64,000 nt of DNA, from assembly GCF_024502345.1 (NCBI RefSeq), contig NZ_JALDNN010000001.1; one strand, 5' to 3'. The notes under the pieces were generated by a model. It saw only the letters and a program-made list of their open reading frames with translations, searched no databases and was not told where the DNA came from. This document shows positions 36,359 through 47,289 of this stretch, one piece after another; positions within the stretch are counted from its first letter, which is position 1, and each line of letters opens with the position of its first letter. Source of the stretch: Escherichia coli (lineage in GTDB: Bacteria > Pseudomonadota > Gammaproteobacteria > Enterobacterales > Enterobacteriaceae). The position numbers were made by a program, and so were the translations under genes.

Positions 36359-38656
36359 ATGAAATGGCTATGTTCAGTAGGAATCGCGGTGAGTCTGGCC
36401 CTGCAGCCAGCACTGGCGGATGATTTATTCGGCAACCATCCATTAACGCCCGAAGCGCGGGATGCGTTCGTCACCGAACTGCTTAAGAAAATGACAGTTG
36501 ATGAGAAAATTGGTCAGCTGCGCTTAATCAGCGTCGGCCCGGATAACCCGAAAGAGGCGATCCGCGAGATGATCAAAGACGGTCAGGTTGGGGCGATTTT
36601 CAACACCGTAACCCGTCAGGATATCCGCGCCATGCAGGATCAGGTGATGGAATTAAGCCGCCTGAAAATTCCTCTTTTCTTTGCTTACGACGTGCTGCAC
36701 GGTCAGCGCACGGTGTTCCCGATTAGCCTCGGTCTGGCCTCGTCTTTTAACCTCGATGCAGTGAAAACGGTCGGACGTGTCTCTGCTTATGAAGCGGCAG
36801 ATGATGGCCTGAATATGACCTGGGCACCGATGGTCGATGTCTCGCGCGATCCGCGCTGGGGACGTGCTTCCGAAGGTTTTGGCGAAGATACGTATCTCAC
36901 CTCAACAATGGGTAAAACCATGGTGGAAGCGATGCAGGGTAAAAGCCCGGCAGATCGCTACTCGGTGATGACCAGCGTCAAACACTTTGCCGCATACGGC
37001 GCGGTAGAAGGCGGTAAAGAGTACAACACCGTCGATATGAGTCCGCAGCGCCTGTTTAATGATTATATGCCGCCGTACAAAGCGGGGCTGGACGCAGGCA
37101 GCGGCGCGGTGATGGTGGCGCTGAACTCGCTGAACGGCACGCCAGCCACCTCCGATTCCTGGCTGCTGAAAGATGTTCTGCGCGACCAGTGGGGCTTTAA
37201 AGGCATCACCGTTTCCGATCACGGTGCAATCAAAGAGCTGATTAAACATGGCACGGCGGCAGACCCGGAAGATGCGGTGCGCGTGGCGCTGAAATCCGGA
37301 ATCAACATGAGTATGAGCGACGAGTACTACTCGAAGTATCTGCCTGGGTTGATTAAATCCGGTAAAGTGACGATGGCAGAGCTGGACGATGCTGCCCGCC
37401 ATGTACTGAACGTTAAATATGATATGGGGTTGTTTAACGACCCATACAGCCATCTCGGTCCGAAAGAGTCTGACCCGGTGGATACCAATGCCGAAAGCCG
37501 CTTGCACCGCAAAGAAGCGCGTGAAGTGGCGCGTGAAAGCCTGGTGTTGCTGAAAAACCGTCTCGAAACGTTACCGCTGAAAAAATCCGCAACCATTGCG
37601 GTGGTTGGCCCGCTGGCAGACAGCAAGCGTGACGTGATGGGAAGCTGGTCGGCGGCAGGTGTTGCAGATCAATCCGTGACCGTGCTGACCGGGATTAAAA
37701 ATGCCGTCGGTGAAAACGGTAAAGTGCTGTATGCCAAAGGGGCGAACGTTACCAGTGACAAAGGCATTATCGATTTCCTGAATCAGTATGAAGAAGCGGT
37801 CAAAGTCGATCCGCGTTCGCCGCAAGAGATGATTGATGAAGCGGTGCAGACGGCGAAACAATCTGATGTGGTGGTGGCTGTAGTCGGTGAAGCACAGGGG
37901 ATGGCGCACGAGGCCTCCAGCCGTACCGATATTACTATTCCGCAAAGCCAACGTGACTTGATTGCGGCGCTGAAAGCCACCGGTAAACCGCTGGTGCTGG
38001 TGCTGATGAACGGGCGTCCGCTGGCGCTGGTGAAAGAAGATCAGCAGGCTGATGCGATTCTGGAAACCTGGTTTGCGGGGACTGAAGGCGGTAATGCAAT
38101 TGCCGATGTGTTGTTTGGCGATTACAACCCGTCCGGCAAGCTGCCGATGTCCTTCCCGCGTTCTGTCGGGCAGATCCCGGTGTACTACAGCCATCTGAAC
38201 ACCGGTCGTCCGTATAATGCCGACAAGCCGAACAAATACACTTCGCGTTATTTTGATGAAGCTAACGGGGCGCTTTATCCGTTCGGCTATGGTCTGAGCT
38301 ATACCACTTTCACCGTCTCTGATGTGAAACTTTCTGCGCCGACCATGAAGCGTGACGGCAAAGTGACGGCCAGCGTGCAGGTGACGAACACCGGTAAACG
38401 CGAAGGGGCCACGGTAGTGCAGATGTACTTGCAGGATGTGACGGCTTCCATGAGTCGTCCGGTGAAACAGCTGAAAGGCTTTGAGAAAATCACCCTGAAA
38501 CCGGGCGAAACTCAGACCGTTAGCTTCCCGATTGATATCGAGGCGCTGAAGTTCTGGAATCAACAGATGAGATATGACGCCGAGCCTGGCAAGTTCAATG
38601 TCTTTATCGGCACTGATTCCGCACGCGTTAAGAAAGGCGAGTTTGAGTTGCTGTAA
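36359..38656 (+). CDS. bglX: Periplasmic beta-glucosidase, glycoside hydrolase family 3 (765 aa from MKWLCSVG start)
   Basis: ORF track (upstream extension to 36287); signal peptide; GH3 domains. Confidence 0.9.
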   Translation: MKWLCSVGIAVSLALQPALADDLFGNHPLTPEARDAFVTELLKKMTVDEKIGQLRLISVGPDNPKEAIREMIKDGQVGAIFNTVTRQDIRAMQDQVMELSRLKIPLFFAYDVLHGQRTVFPISLGLASSFNLDAVKTVGRVSAYEAADDGLNMTWAPMVDVSRDPRWGRASEGFGEDTYLTSTMGKTMVEAMQGKSPADRYSVMTSVKHFAAYGAVEGGKEYNTVDMSPQRLFNDYMPPYKAGLDAGSGAVMVALNSLNGTPATSDSWLLKDVLRDQWGFKGITVSDHGAIKELIKHGTAADPEDAVRVALKSGINMSMSDEYYSKYLPGLIKSGKVTMAELDDAARHVLNVKYDMGLFNDPYSHLGPKESDPVDTNAESRLHRKEAREVARESLVLLKNRLETLPLKKSATIAVVGPLADSKRDVMGSWSAAGVADQSVTVLTGIKNAVGENGKVLYAKGANVTSDKGIIDFLNQYEEAVKVDPRSPQEMIDEAVQTAKQSDVVVAVVGEAQGMAHEASSRTDITIPQSQRDLIAALKATGKPLVLVLMNGRPLALVKEDQQADAILETWFAGTEGGNAIADVLFGDYNPSGKLPMSFPRSVGQIPVYYSHLNTGRPYNADKPNKYTSRYFDEANGALYPFGYGLSYTTFTVSDVKLSAPTMKRDGKVTASVQVTNTGKREGATVVQMYLQDVTASMSRPVKQLKGFEKITLKPGETQTVSFPIDIEALKFWNQQMRYDAEPGKFNVFIGTDSARVKKGEFELL

Positions 38657-38665
38657 TGCTTTAGT

Positions 38666-38690
38666 AAGGGCGTGACATTTGCGCCCTTTG
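38666..38690 (+). terminator. Hairpin terminator candidate after bglX
   Basis: AAGGGCG-loop-CGCCCTT followed by TG-rich tail. Confidence 0.45.
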
Positions 38691-38728
38691 CCTGATGTTC
38701 ATATCTTAACTTGCTGAATTTTCGCCCT

Positions 38729-38767
38729 TTGTAGGCCGGATAAGGCGCTCGCGCCGCATCCGGCAGG
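38729..38767. repeat. REP unit
   Basis: TGTAGGCCGGATAAGGCGCTCGCGCCGCATCCGGCAGG. Confidence 0.8.
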
Positions 38768-38907
38768 AAACGCCGGACCGAATATGCCTCTTAAGTATTT
38801 ATCTGATTCTGCAACTGAATCCGTCCGCTCAGGCTAATCCCGCCATTATCAACTATGCTTTTCTCTTAATTCGCTGAAAACAACAGTAAAAGAATGAGGA
38901 AAGCATC

Positions 38908-39825
38908 ATGCCACTCTCAAAGGTCTGGGCAGGTTCACTGGTTTTGTTGGCAGCCGTGAGCCTGCCGCTGCACGCGGCTTCCCCCGTTAAAGTCGGTTCA
39001 AAAATCGATACTGAAGGCGCGCTGCTCGGCAATATCATTTTGCAGGTACTGGAAAGCCACGGCGTACCGACGGTCAATAAAGTGCAACTCGGAACGACTC
39101 CTGTGGTGCGCGGGGCGATTACTTCCGGTGAACTGGATATCTATCCGGAATATACCGGCAATGGCGCGTTTTTCTTTAAAGATGAAAACGATGCAGCGTG
39201 GAAAAACGCGCAGCAAGGTTACGAGAAAGTCAAAAAACTTGATGCAGAGCAAAACAAGTTAATCTGGCTGACGCCCGCACCTGCAAATAACACCTGGACC
39301 ATCGCCGTGCGTCAGGATGTGGCAGAGAAAAACAAACTCACTTCGCTTGCTGACCTGAGTCGTTATCTGAAAGAGGGCGGCACCTTCAAACTGGCAGCCT
39401 CGGCAGAGTTTATCGAACGCGCCGATGCCTTACCCGCGTTTGAAAAAGCCTATGGCTTTAAGCTCGGTCAGGATCAGTTGCTGTCACTGGCTGGTGGCGA
39501 CACGGCGGTGACGATTAAAGCCGCTGCCCAGCAAACTTCTGGCGTTAATGCCGCAATGGCTTACGGCACTGACGGTCCGGTCGCGGCGCTGGGGCTGCAA
39601 ACCTTAAGCGATCCGCAAGGCGTGCAACCTATCTACGCGCCTGCACCAGTGGTGCGTGAGTCAGTGCTGAAAGAGTATCCGCAAATGGCACAGTGGCTAC
39701 AGCCAGTCTTCGCCAGCCTCGATGCAAAAACATTGCAGCAACTGAATGCCAGCATTGCAGTGGAAGGACTGGATGCCAAAAAAGTGGCTGCCGACTACCT
39801 GAAACAAAAAGGGTGGGCGAAGTAA
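38908..39825 (+). CDS. osmF: Periplasmic glycine-betaine/osmoprotectant-binding protein of an ABC transporter, 305 aa
   Basis: ORF track; signal peptide; first gene of a four-gene ABC operon. Confidence 0.85.
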   Translation: MPLSKVWAGSLVLLAAVSLPLHAASPVKVGSKIDTEGALLGNIILQVLESHGVPTVNKVQLGTTPVVRGAITSGELDIYPEYTGNGAFFFKDENDAAWKNAQQGYEKVKKLDAEQNKLIWLTPAPANNTWTIAVRQDVAEKNKLTSLADLSRYLKEGGTFKLAASAEFIERADALPAFEKAYGFKLGQDQLLSLAGGDTAVTIKAAAQQTSGVNAAMAYGTDGPVAALGLQTLSDPQGVQPIYAPAPVVRESVLKEYPQMAQWLQPVFASLDAKTLQQLNASIAVEGLDAKKVAADYLKQKGWAK

Positions 39826-39831
39826 TTTCCC

Positions 39832-40989
39832 GTGACTTATCTACGTATTAATCCTGTTCTGGCGCTGCTGCTGTTGCTGACGGCAATCGCAGCAGCGCTG
39901 CCGTTTATCAGCTACGCGCCTAATCGTTTAGTCTCGGGTGAAGGGCGTCATCTCTGGCAACTGTGGCCGCAAACGATCTGGATGCTGGTGGGCGTTGGTT
40001 GCGCCTGGCTGACAGCCTGTTTTATTCCCGCTAAAAAAGGCAGCATTTTTGCACTCATTCTGGCGCAATTCGTCTTCGTATTGCTGGTGTGGGGAGCTGG
40101 AAAGGCGGCGACCCAACTGGCGCAAAATGGCAGTGCGCTGGCGCGTACCAGCCTCGGCAGTGGTTTCTGGCTGGCTGCGGCGCTGGCATTGCTGGCCTGT
40201 AGCGATGCCATCCGCCGAATCTCCACGCATCCGCTGTGGCGCTGGTTGTTGCATATGCAGATTGCCATTATTCCGCTGTGGTTGCTTTACTCCGGCACGC
40301 TTAACGATCTCTCGCTAATGAAAGAATACGCCAACCGTCAGGATGTGTTTGACGACGCGCTGGCTCAACATCTGACGTTGCTGTTTGGTGCGGTGCTGCC
40401 TGCGTTAGTGATTGGTGTGCCATTGGGCATCTGGTGCTACTTTTCCACCGCGCGGCAGGGGGCGATTTTTTCTCTGCTCAATGTCATTCAGACCGTGCCT
40501 TCGGTGGCGCTCTTTGGCCTGTTGATTGCGTCGCTTGCCGCGCTGGTGACGGCCTTTCCGTGGCTGGGGAAGCTCGGCATAGCAGGAACCGGAATGACAC
40601 CCGCACTGATTGCGCTGGTGCTCTATGCCTTGCTGCCGCTGGTGCGCGGCGTGGTAGTAGGCTTGAACCAGATCCCGCGCGATGTGCTGGAGAGCGCCAG
40701 AGCGATGGGGATGAGCGGGGCGCAGCGATTCCTGCATGTTCAGTTACCGCTGGCGTTACCGGTATTTCTGCGCAGCCTGCGGGTGGTGATGGTGCAAACT
40801 GTAGGCATGGCGGTGATTGCGGCGTTAATCGGCGCAGGCGGTTTTGGTGCGCTGGTTTTCCAGGGGCTGCTAAGCAGCGCCATTGATTTAGTGTTGCTGG
40901 GGGTGATCCCGGTAATTGTTCTGGCGGTGCTGATCGATGCGCTGTTCGATTTACTTATCGCACTGTTGAAGGTGAAACGTAATGATTGA
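39832..40989 (+). CDS. yehY: ABC transporter permease, 385 aa
   Basis: ORF track; ABC permease TM domain. Confidence 0.85.
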   Translation: MTYLRINPVLALLLLLTAIAAALPFISYAPNRLVSGEGRHLWQLWPQTIWMLVGVGCAWLTACFIPAKKGSIFALILAQFVFVLLVWGAGKAATQLAQNGSALARTSLGSGFWLAAALALLACSDAIRRISTHPLWRWLLHMQIAIIPLWLLYSGTLNDLSLMKEYANRQDVFDDALAQHLTLLFGAVLPALVIGVPLGIWCYFSTARQGAIFSLLNVIQTVPSVALFGLLIASLAALVTAFPWLGKLGIAGTGMTPALIALVLYALLPLVRGVVVGLNQIPRDVLESARAMGMSGAQRFLHVQLPLALPVFLRSLRVVMVQTVGMAVIAALIGAGGFGALVFQGLLSSAIDLVLLGVIPVIVLAVLIDALFDLLIALLKVKRND

Positions 40990-41908
40990 ATTTAGCCATG
41001 TCAGCAAACTGTTTGGCGCACAAAAAGCCGTTAACGATCTCAATCTCAATTTTCAGGAAGGGAGTTTTTCGGTGCTGATTGGCACATCTGGCTCCGGCAA
41101 ATCCACCACCCTGAAAATGATTAACCGCCTGGTGGAACATGACAGCGGAGAGATCCGCTTTGCCGGAGAAGAAATTCGCTCGCTGCCAGTACTGGAGTTG
41201 CGCCGCCGTATGGGCTATGCCATTCAATCTATTGGCCTGTTTCCCCACTGGAGCGTGGCACAAAACATTGCCACCGTGCCGCAATTACAAAAATGGTCGC
41301 GGGCGAGGATTGACGATCGTATCGACGAATTAATGGCGCTACTGGGGCTGGAGTCAAATTTACGTGAGCGTTATCCGCATCAGCTTTCCGGTGGTCAGCA
41401 GCAACGTGTGGGAGTAGCGCGCGCACTGGCTGCCGATCCGCAAGTCTTACTGATGGATGAACCTTTTGGCGCACTGGACCCGGTAACGCGCGGCGCGTTG
41501 CAACAAGAGATGACGCGCATTCACCGTTTGCTGGGGCGTACCATTGTGCTGGTCACTCATGATATTGATGAGGCGCTACGGCTGGCAGAACATCTGGTAT
41601 TGATGGATCACGGTGAAGTGGTGCAGCAGGGGAATCCGCTGACGATGCTGACTCGTCCGGCGAATGATTTTGTCCGCCAGTTTTTTGGACGTAGTGAACT
41701 GGGTGTGCGCCTGCTTTCGTTACGTAGTGTGGCGGATTACGTGCGTCGCGAAGAACGGGCAGAAGGTGAGGCACTGGCAGAAGAGATGACGCTGCGCGAT
41801 GCGCTCTCCCTGTTTGTCGCGCGGGGATGCGAGGTGCTGCCGGTGGTGAACACGCAGGGCCAGCCTAGCGGCACGCTGCATTTTCAGGATCTGCTGGAGG
41901 AGGCGTAA
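40982..41908 (+). CDS. yehX: ABC transporter ATP-binding protein with C-terminal CBS-like region, 308 aa
   Basis: ORF track; Walker [10 protein letters not shown], signature LSGGQQQRV. Confidence 0.9.
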   Translation: MIEFSHVSKLFGAQKAVNDLNLNFQEGSFSVLIGTSGSGKSTTLKMINRLVEHDSGEIRFAGEEIRSLPVLELRRRMGYAIQSIGLFPHWSVAQNIATVPQLQKWSRARIDDRIDELMALLGLESNLRERYPHQLSGGQQQRVGVARALAADPQVLLMDEPFGALDPVTRGALQQEMTRIHRLLGRTIVLVTHDIDEALRLAEHLVLMDHGEVVQQGNPLTMLTRPANDFVRQFFGRSELGVRLLSLRSVADYVRREERAEGEALAEEMTLRDALSLFVARGCEVLPVVNTQGQPSGTLHFQDLLEEA

Positions 41909-41912
41909 GCGT

Positions 41913-42644
41913 ATGAAGATGTTGCGCGATCCGCTGTTCTGGCTCATTGCTTTGTTTGTGGCACTGATTTTCTGGCTGCCTTACAGCCAGCCGCTGTTTG
42001 CTGCCTTGTTCCCACAACTGCCACGACCCGTTTATCAGCAAGAAAGTTTTGCCGCTCTGGCACTGGCTCATTTCTGGCTGGTGGGAATTTCGAGTTTGTT
42101 TGCGGTGATCATTGGTACTGGTGCCGGAATTGCTGTCACTCGCCCGTGGGGCGCGGAATTTCGCCCACTGGTGGAAACTATTGCCGCCGTTGGACAGACT
42201 TTTCCGCCCGTCGCAGTGCTGGCGATCGCCGTTCCGGTGATCGGGTTTGGTCTGCAACCAGCGATTATCGCCTTGATCCTTTACGGTGTGCTGCCCGTCC
42301 TGCAGGCGACACTTGCCGGGCTGGGAGCGATTGATGCCAGCGTGACAGAAGTTGCGAAAGGTATGGGAATGAGTCGTGGTCAGCGACTGCGTAAGGTCGA
42401 GCTACCGCTGGCGGCTCCGGTGATTCTGGCGGGCGTGCGAACTTCGGTGATTATCAACATTGGTACGGCGACGATCGCCTCAACGGTAGGGGCCAGCACG
42501 CTGGGTACGCCCATCATCATCGGGCTTAGCGGATTTAATACCGCGTATGTGATCCAGGGGGCGTTACTGGTGGCACTGGCGGCGATCATCGCAGACCGCC
42601 TGTTTGAAAGGCTGGTGCAGGCGCTTAGCCAGCACGCAAAATAA
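41913..42644 (+). CDS. yehW: ABC transporter permease, 243 aa
   Basis: ORF track; permease TM profile. Confidence 0.85.
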
Positions 42645-42732
42645 AGGTATAACCTGCGAGCATGACGCCACCAATTCCGCCTAACGCCATAAACAGGAAC
42701 AGGGCGATGACCCCAATTTTAGCTATGCGCAT
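42625..42732 (-). CDS. yohO: 35-aa small membrane protein [35 protein letters not shown]; 3' end overlaps the yehW 3' end antisense
   Basis: Not in ORF track; ATG with AAGGAG SD 7 nt upstream; peptide matches E. coli YohO as I recall it. Confidence 0.6.
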
Positions 42733-42791
42733 AATGCACTCCTTATGTTAACGAAAGGATTGTACAGTAAAGCGCATTTGTTAACGAATCA

Positions 42792-43523
42792 TTAAATGCC
42801 GAGTGGGAAAATATCATAGCCTTGTTCTTGCCAACTGGTGAGTTGCTGTTGTTGGGCGGAGGTTCGATTTTCACCGCACCACACCAGCAATGTACGGCCT
42901 TCGAACAGTTCAGGGCGTAGTTGATTGAGCGAGTGGGCGAGGACATCAATGCGCCATCCTTGTTGACTGGCAATCCAGCCCTCCAGCCACAGACGGGTGG
43001 TATCGTGAATATTCCAGCCAACCACCAGCGCATCTTTACCCTGTTTTTTACGTGCCGAAGCCAGACAGATGGCGATGTAGTTGATCAGTACGCCGTCGAG
43101 GATCGCCAGCAGCGCCTGGAGAGTCGGTTGTTGGCACTGAAGCCGTCGACGCAGAGGAATAAACAAATGCGTGGTGAGCGTCTGGGCGGGGTAATCCTGA
43201 CCGCGCTCTTTGATCCACGTTCGCAGGCTATGCAGATTGCCGCTTTGCAAGTAAGTCAGTAATGTTTCTTGCTGATCGCGCCAGCCGTTCTGCACATCAA
43301 CATTTTCATTACTGAGCAGCATTTTAACTTTGCTGACCTGCACGCCGTTGTCGATCCAGCGTTTGATCTCGCGGATCCGGTCAATATCGGCATCGTTGAA
43401 CAGCCGATGACCGCCGTCTGTCCGTTGCGGTTTCAGCAATCCGTAACGCCTCTGCCACGCGCGTAACGTGACAGGGTTAATATCACAAAGCAACGCCACT
43501 TCACCAATTGTGTAAAGCGCCAT
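42792..43523 (-). CDS. mlrA: MerR-family transcriptional regulator (curli/csgD activator type), 243 aa
   Basis: ORF track; N-terminal MerR HTH (MALYTIGEVALLCDINPVTLRAWQRRYGL). Confidence 0.9.
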   Translation of the reverse strand: MALYTIGEVALLCDINPVTLRAWQRRYGLLKPQRTDGGHRLFNDADIDRIREIKRWIDNGVQVSKVKMLLSNENVDVQNGWRDQQETLLTYLQSGNLHSLRTWIKERGQDYPAQTLTTHLFIPLRRRLQCQQPTLQALLAILDGVLINYIAICLASARKKQGKDALVVGWNIHDTTRLWLEGWIASQQGWRIDVLAHSLNQLRPELFEGRTLLVWCGENRTSAQQQQLTSWQEQGYDIFPLGI

Positions 43524-43744
43524 CGTCTCACCCTTGCTCGCGAGGTCCCGGTTTAACTTTAGACGCAGTTTTGCGAACCAGGTAGTTTTGCCCGTTTTTT
43601 GTGCATTTATAGGGTGATTTTATTTTTGCCAGGCGATTTTGAGTGATCGTACTCACGAATTCTCATTTTTCTGCAAGAGTTCAAAGAAAGTTAAACGCAG
43701 GCAATGTATGTTACGCGTTTTAAAGGGAAGTGTGGTTTGCGGGT

Positions 43745-45430
43745 ATGTACGATTTTAATCTAGTGTTGCTGCTGCTTCAGCAGATGTGCGTTTTTTTAGT
43801 CATTGCATGGTTAATGAGTAAAACGCCATTATTCATACCGTTAATGCAGGTCACGGTTCGTCTGCCGCATAAATTTCTCTGCTACATCGTCTTTTCCATC
43901 TTCTGCATCATGGGCACCTGGTTTGGGTTGCACATTGACGATTCTATTGCCAATACCCGTGCGATAGGCGCGGTAATGGGCGGCTTACTCGGCGGTCCGG
44001 TCGTCGGTGGGCTGGTTGGCCTGACCGGCGGGTTACATCGATATTCGATGGGGGGCATGACCGCGCTAAGTTGCATGATCTCGACCATCGTTGAAGGATT
44101 GCTCGGCGGCCTGGTACACAGCATCCTGATCCGTCGCGGGCGCACTGATAAAGTCTTTAACCCCATTACCGCCGGTGCCGTCACGTTCGTCGCTGAAATG
44201 GTGCAAATGTTGATCATCCTGGCGATCGCCCGACCTTATGAAGATGCGGTGCGTCTGGTGAGTAATATTGCTGCGCCAATGATGGTCACCAATACCGTCG
44301 GCGCGGCGCTGTTTATGCGTATATTGCTCGATAAACGCGCGATGTTTGAAAAATACACTTCGGCTTTTTCTGCCACTGCGCTGAAAGTGGCTGCCTCGAC
44401 GGAAGGCATTTTGCGCCAGGGGTTTAACGAAGTGAACAGCATGAAAGTGGCACAGGTGCTGTATCAGGAGCTGGATATTGGTGCAGTCGCGATTACCGAT
44501 CGAGAGAAATTGCTGGCCTTTACCGGAATTGGTGACGACCACCATTTACCCGGCAAACCGATATCTTCGACTTACACCTTAAAAGCGATTGAAACCGGTG
44601 AAGTGGTCTACGCTGATGGCAACGAAGTACCTTATCGTTGCTCTTTGCATCCGCAATGCAAACTGGGGTCGACGCTGGTAATTCCGTTGCGTGGTGAAAA
44701 TCAGCGGGTGATGGGCACCATCAAATTGTATGAAGCCAAAAACCGTTTATTCAGTTCAATCAACCGCACGCTGGGCGAGGGGATTGCGCAACTGCTTTCG
44801 GCGCAGATCCTCGCCGGGCAATATGAGCGGCAAAAAGCGATGCTCACCCAGTCAGAGATCAAACTGCTTCACGCCCAGGTGAACCCCCATTTTTTGTTTA
44901 ATGCGCTTAACACCATTAAAGCGGTGATCCGTCGCGACAGCGAACAGGCCAGCCAGCTGGTGCAGTATCTTTCCACTTTTTTCCGCAAAAACTTAAAGCG
45001 GCCTTCGGAGTTTGTTACTCTCGCCGACGAAATTGAACATGTGAACGCTTATCTGCAAATTGAAAAGGCGCGCTTCCAGTCGCGGTTGCAGGTCAACATT
45101 GCTATTCCGCAAGAATTATCCCAGCAGCAATTGCCCGCGTTTACCCTGCAACCGATAGTGGAAAACGCCATTAAACATGGGACATCACAACTGCTGGATA
45201 CAGGGCGAGTGGCAATCAGCGCCCGACGTGAGGGGCAACATTTGATGCTGGAGATCGAAGACAATGCCGGTTTGTATCAACCGGTAACCAATGCCAGTGG
45301 GCTGGGGATGAATCTGGTGGATAAGCGTTTACGTGAACGGTTTGGCGATGACTATGGGATAAGCGTCGCCTGTGAGCCTGATAGTTACACCCGAATAACC
45401 TTACGACTACCATGGAGGGACGAGGCATGA
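43745..45430 (+). CDS. btsS: LytS-type sensor histidine kinase (561 aa from MYDFNL start)
   Basis: ORF track (upstream extension to 43730); 5TM-LytS N-terminus, GAF-like region, His-kinase core. Confidence 0.9.
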   Translation: MYDFNLVLLLLQQMCVFLVIAWLMSKTPLFIPLMQVTVRLPHKFLCYIVFSIFCIMGTWFGLHIDDSIANTRAIGAVMGGLLGGPVVGGLVGLTGGLHRYSMGGMTALSCMISTIVEGLLGGLVHSILIRRGRTDKVFNPITAGAVTFVAEMVQMLIILAIARPYEDAVRLVSNIAAPMMVTNTVGAALFMRILLDKRAMFEKYTSAFSATALKVAASTEGILRQGFNEVNSMKVAQVLYQELDIGAVAITDREKLLAFTGIGDDHHLPGKPISSTYTLKAIETGEVVYADGNEVPYRCSLHPQCKLGSTLVIPLRGENQRVMGTIKLYEAKNRLFSSINRTLGEGIAQLLSAQILAGQYERQKAMLTQSEIKLLHAQVNPHFLFNALNTIKAVIRRDSEQASQLVQYLSTFFRKNLKRPSEFVTLADEIEHVNAYLQIEKARFQSRLQVNIAIPQELSQQQLPAFTLQPIVENAIKHGTSQLLDTGRVAISARREGQHLMLEIEDNAGLYQPVTNASGLGMNLVDKRLRERFGDDYGISVACEPDSYTRITLRLPWRDEA

Positions 45431-46146
45431 TTAAAGTCTTAATTGTCGATGATGAACCGTTAGCACGGGAGAACCTGCGCGTATTTTTGCAGGAGCAGAG
45501 CGATATTGAAATCGTTGGTGAGTGTTCAAACACCGTGGAAGGGATCGGCGCGGTGCATAAACTGCGCCCGGATGTGCTGTTTCTCGATATCCAGATGCCG
45601 CGCATCAGTGGTCTGGAAATGGTGGGGATGCTCGACCCGGAACATCGTCCGTATATTGTTTTTCTCACCGCGTTTGACGAATACGCCATTAAAGCCTTTG
45701 AAGAACACGCCTTTGATTATCTGCTGAAGCCAATTGATGAAGCGCGACTGGAGAAAACGCTGGCGCGTTTGCGGCAGGAACGCAGCAAGCAGGATGTTTC
45801 GCTGTTACCAGAAAATCAACAGGCGCTGAAATTTATCCCTTGTACTGGGCATAGTCGGATTTATTTGCTGCAAATGAAAGATGTGGCATTTGTCAGCAGT
45901 CGGATGAGCGGTGTCTACGTTACCAGCCACGAAGGGAAAGAGGGCTTTACCGAATTGACATTACGTACCCTGGAAAGTCGTACACCACTACTGCGCTGCC
46001 ATCGTCAGTATCTGGTTAACCTCGCGCATTTACAGGAGATTCGTCTGGAAGATAACGGCCAGGCCGAGTTGATTTTGCGTAATGGCTTAACCGTGCCGGT
46101 CAGCCGCCGTTATCTGAAAAGCTTAAAAGAGGCGATTGGCCTGTAA
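45427..46146 (+). CDS. btsR: LytTR-family response regulator (239 aa from [10 protein letters not shown] start)
   Basis: ORF track; receiver domain plus LytTR DNA-binding domain; start overlaps btsS stop (ATGA). Confidence 0.9.
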   Translation: MIKVLIVDDEPLARENLRVFLQEQSDIEIVGECSNTVEGIGAVHKLRPDVLFLDIQMPRISGLEMVGMLDPEHRPYIVFLTAFDEYAIKAFEEHAFDYLLKPIDEARLEKTLARLRQERSKQDVSLLPENQQALKFIPCTGHSRIYLLQMKDVAFVSSRMSGVYVTSHEGKEGFTELTLRTLESRTPLLRCHRQYLVNLAHLQEIRLEDNGQAELILRNGLTVPVSRRYLKSLKEAIGL

Positions 46147-46192
46147 AAGACTGCTAAAATGGCTTTTTGCCTCATCAACACCTGAAGGCCTC

Positions 46193-46663
46193 ATGCTAAG
46201 TAACGATATTCTGCGCAGCGTGCGCTACATTTTGAAAGCCAATAATAATGACCTGGTGCGTATTCTGGCGCTGGGTAATGTCGAAGCCACCGCGGAACAG
46301 ATCGCCGTCTGGCTACGTAAAGAAGACGAAGAGGGTTTTCAGCGTTGTCCGGACATTGTTTTGTCGTCATTCCTCAATGGCCTGATTTATGAAAAACGCG
46401 GCAAGGATGAGTCTGCTCCGGCACTGGAGCCGGAACGTCGCATTAATAACAACATCGTGCTAAAAAAATTACGCATCGCGTTTTCGCTGAAAACCGATGA
46501 CATTCTGGCGATCCTCACCGAACAGCAGTTCCGCGTTTCGATGCCGGAAATTACGGCGATGATGCGTGCACCGGATCATAAAAACTTCCGCGAATGCGGC
46601 GATCAATTTTTACGTTATTTTCTGCGTGGACTGGCAGCGCGCCAGCATGTGAAGAAAAGCTAA
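46193..46663 (+). CDS. yehS: DUF1456 protein (156 aa from MLSNDIL start)
   Basis: ORF track (extension to 46136); synteny. Confidence 0.8.
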   Translation: MLSNDILRSVRYILKANNNDLVRILALGNVEATAEQIAVWLRKEDEEGFQRCPDIVLSSFLNGLIYEKRGKDESAPALEPERRINNNIVLKKLRIAFSLKTDDILAILTEQQFRVSMPEITAMMRAPDHKNFRECGDQFLRYFLRGLAARQHVKKS

Positions 46664-46672
46664 GACGGGTAT

Positions 46673-46697
46673 GGCGGCCATGCGAAACATGGCCGCC
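46673..46697. terminator. Bidirectional terminator between convergent yehS and yehR
   Basis: GGCGGCCATG-CGAAA-CATGGCCGCC perfect 10-bp stem. Confidence 0.7.
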
Positions 46698-46703
46698 GAC
46701 AGA

Positions 46704-47165
46704 TTATTTCACTTCTTTAAAACCAGCGGCTTTCATCACCAGTTCCATTTGCGCCATAGTGATACCTTTTTTGGCATCTTCAGCAGAAACGTTGATTCCT
46801 GAAATACCCTGCAGGGCTTTAAAATCCACTTTTTCCATATCGATAGTCACGTTTTCCTGCGCGTAGGTATCGGTATAGGTTAATTTTTCTTCAACACCCG
46901 CGATGTTTTTGTATTTGGCGCTTAACGGCTCAAGTGTCTTGGCAGCGTCTTCTTTGGTGGTTGCACCAATAGAGGCAAATTGAATTTTGGTTTCTGAAGA
47001 TTGCTTAAGCACCTTGTCACCTTTGTAGACATAGGTAATGGCAATTTCAGTGCCGTTCAGATTGGCGCTGAATTTCTTCGATTCTTCTTTGTCACCGCAG
47101 CCAGCAAGAGAGAAAACCAGAACAGATGCAACAACAAGGGAAAACAGCTTATTGAAAGCCTTCAT
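46704..47165 (-). CDS. yehR: Lipoprotein (DUF1307), 153 aa from MKAFNKLF start
   Basis: ORF track; signal peptide with lipobox LAGC. Confidence 0.8.
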   Translation of the reverse strand: MKAFNKLFSLVVASVLVFSLAGCGDKEESKKFSANLNGTEIAITYVYKGDKVLKQSSETKIQFASIGATTKEDAAKTLEPLSAKYKNIAGVEEKLTYTDTYAQENVTIDMEKVDFKALQGISGINVSAEDAKKGITMAQMELVMKAAGFKEVK

Positions 47166-47289
47166 GTAAAACTCCATTTTATTTAATCAAGGAACTGGTG
47201 ACTCTCACCAGGGGCTATATAGGATATGCCTAATACCGTGGTGTGAGCAGTCCGGAACTGGAGTAGAACTCTTAGTAAAAAGCACTATT

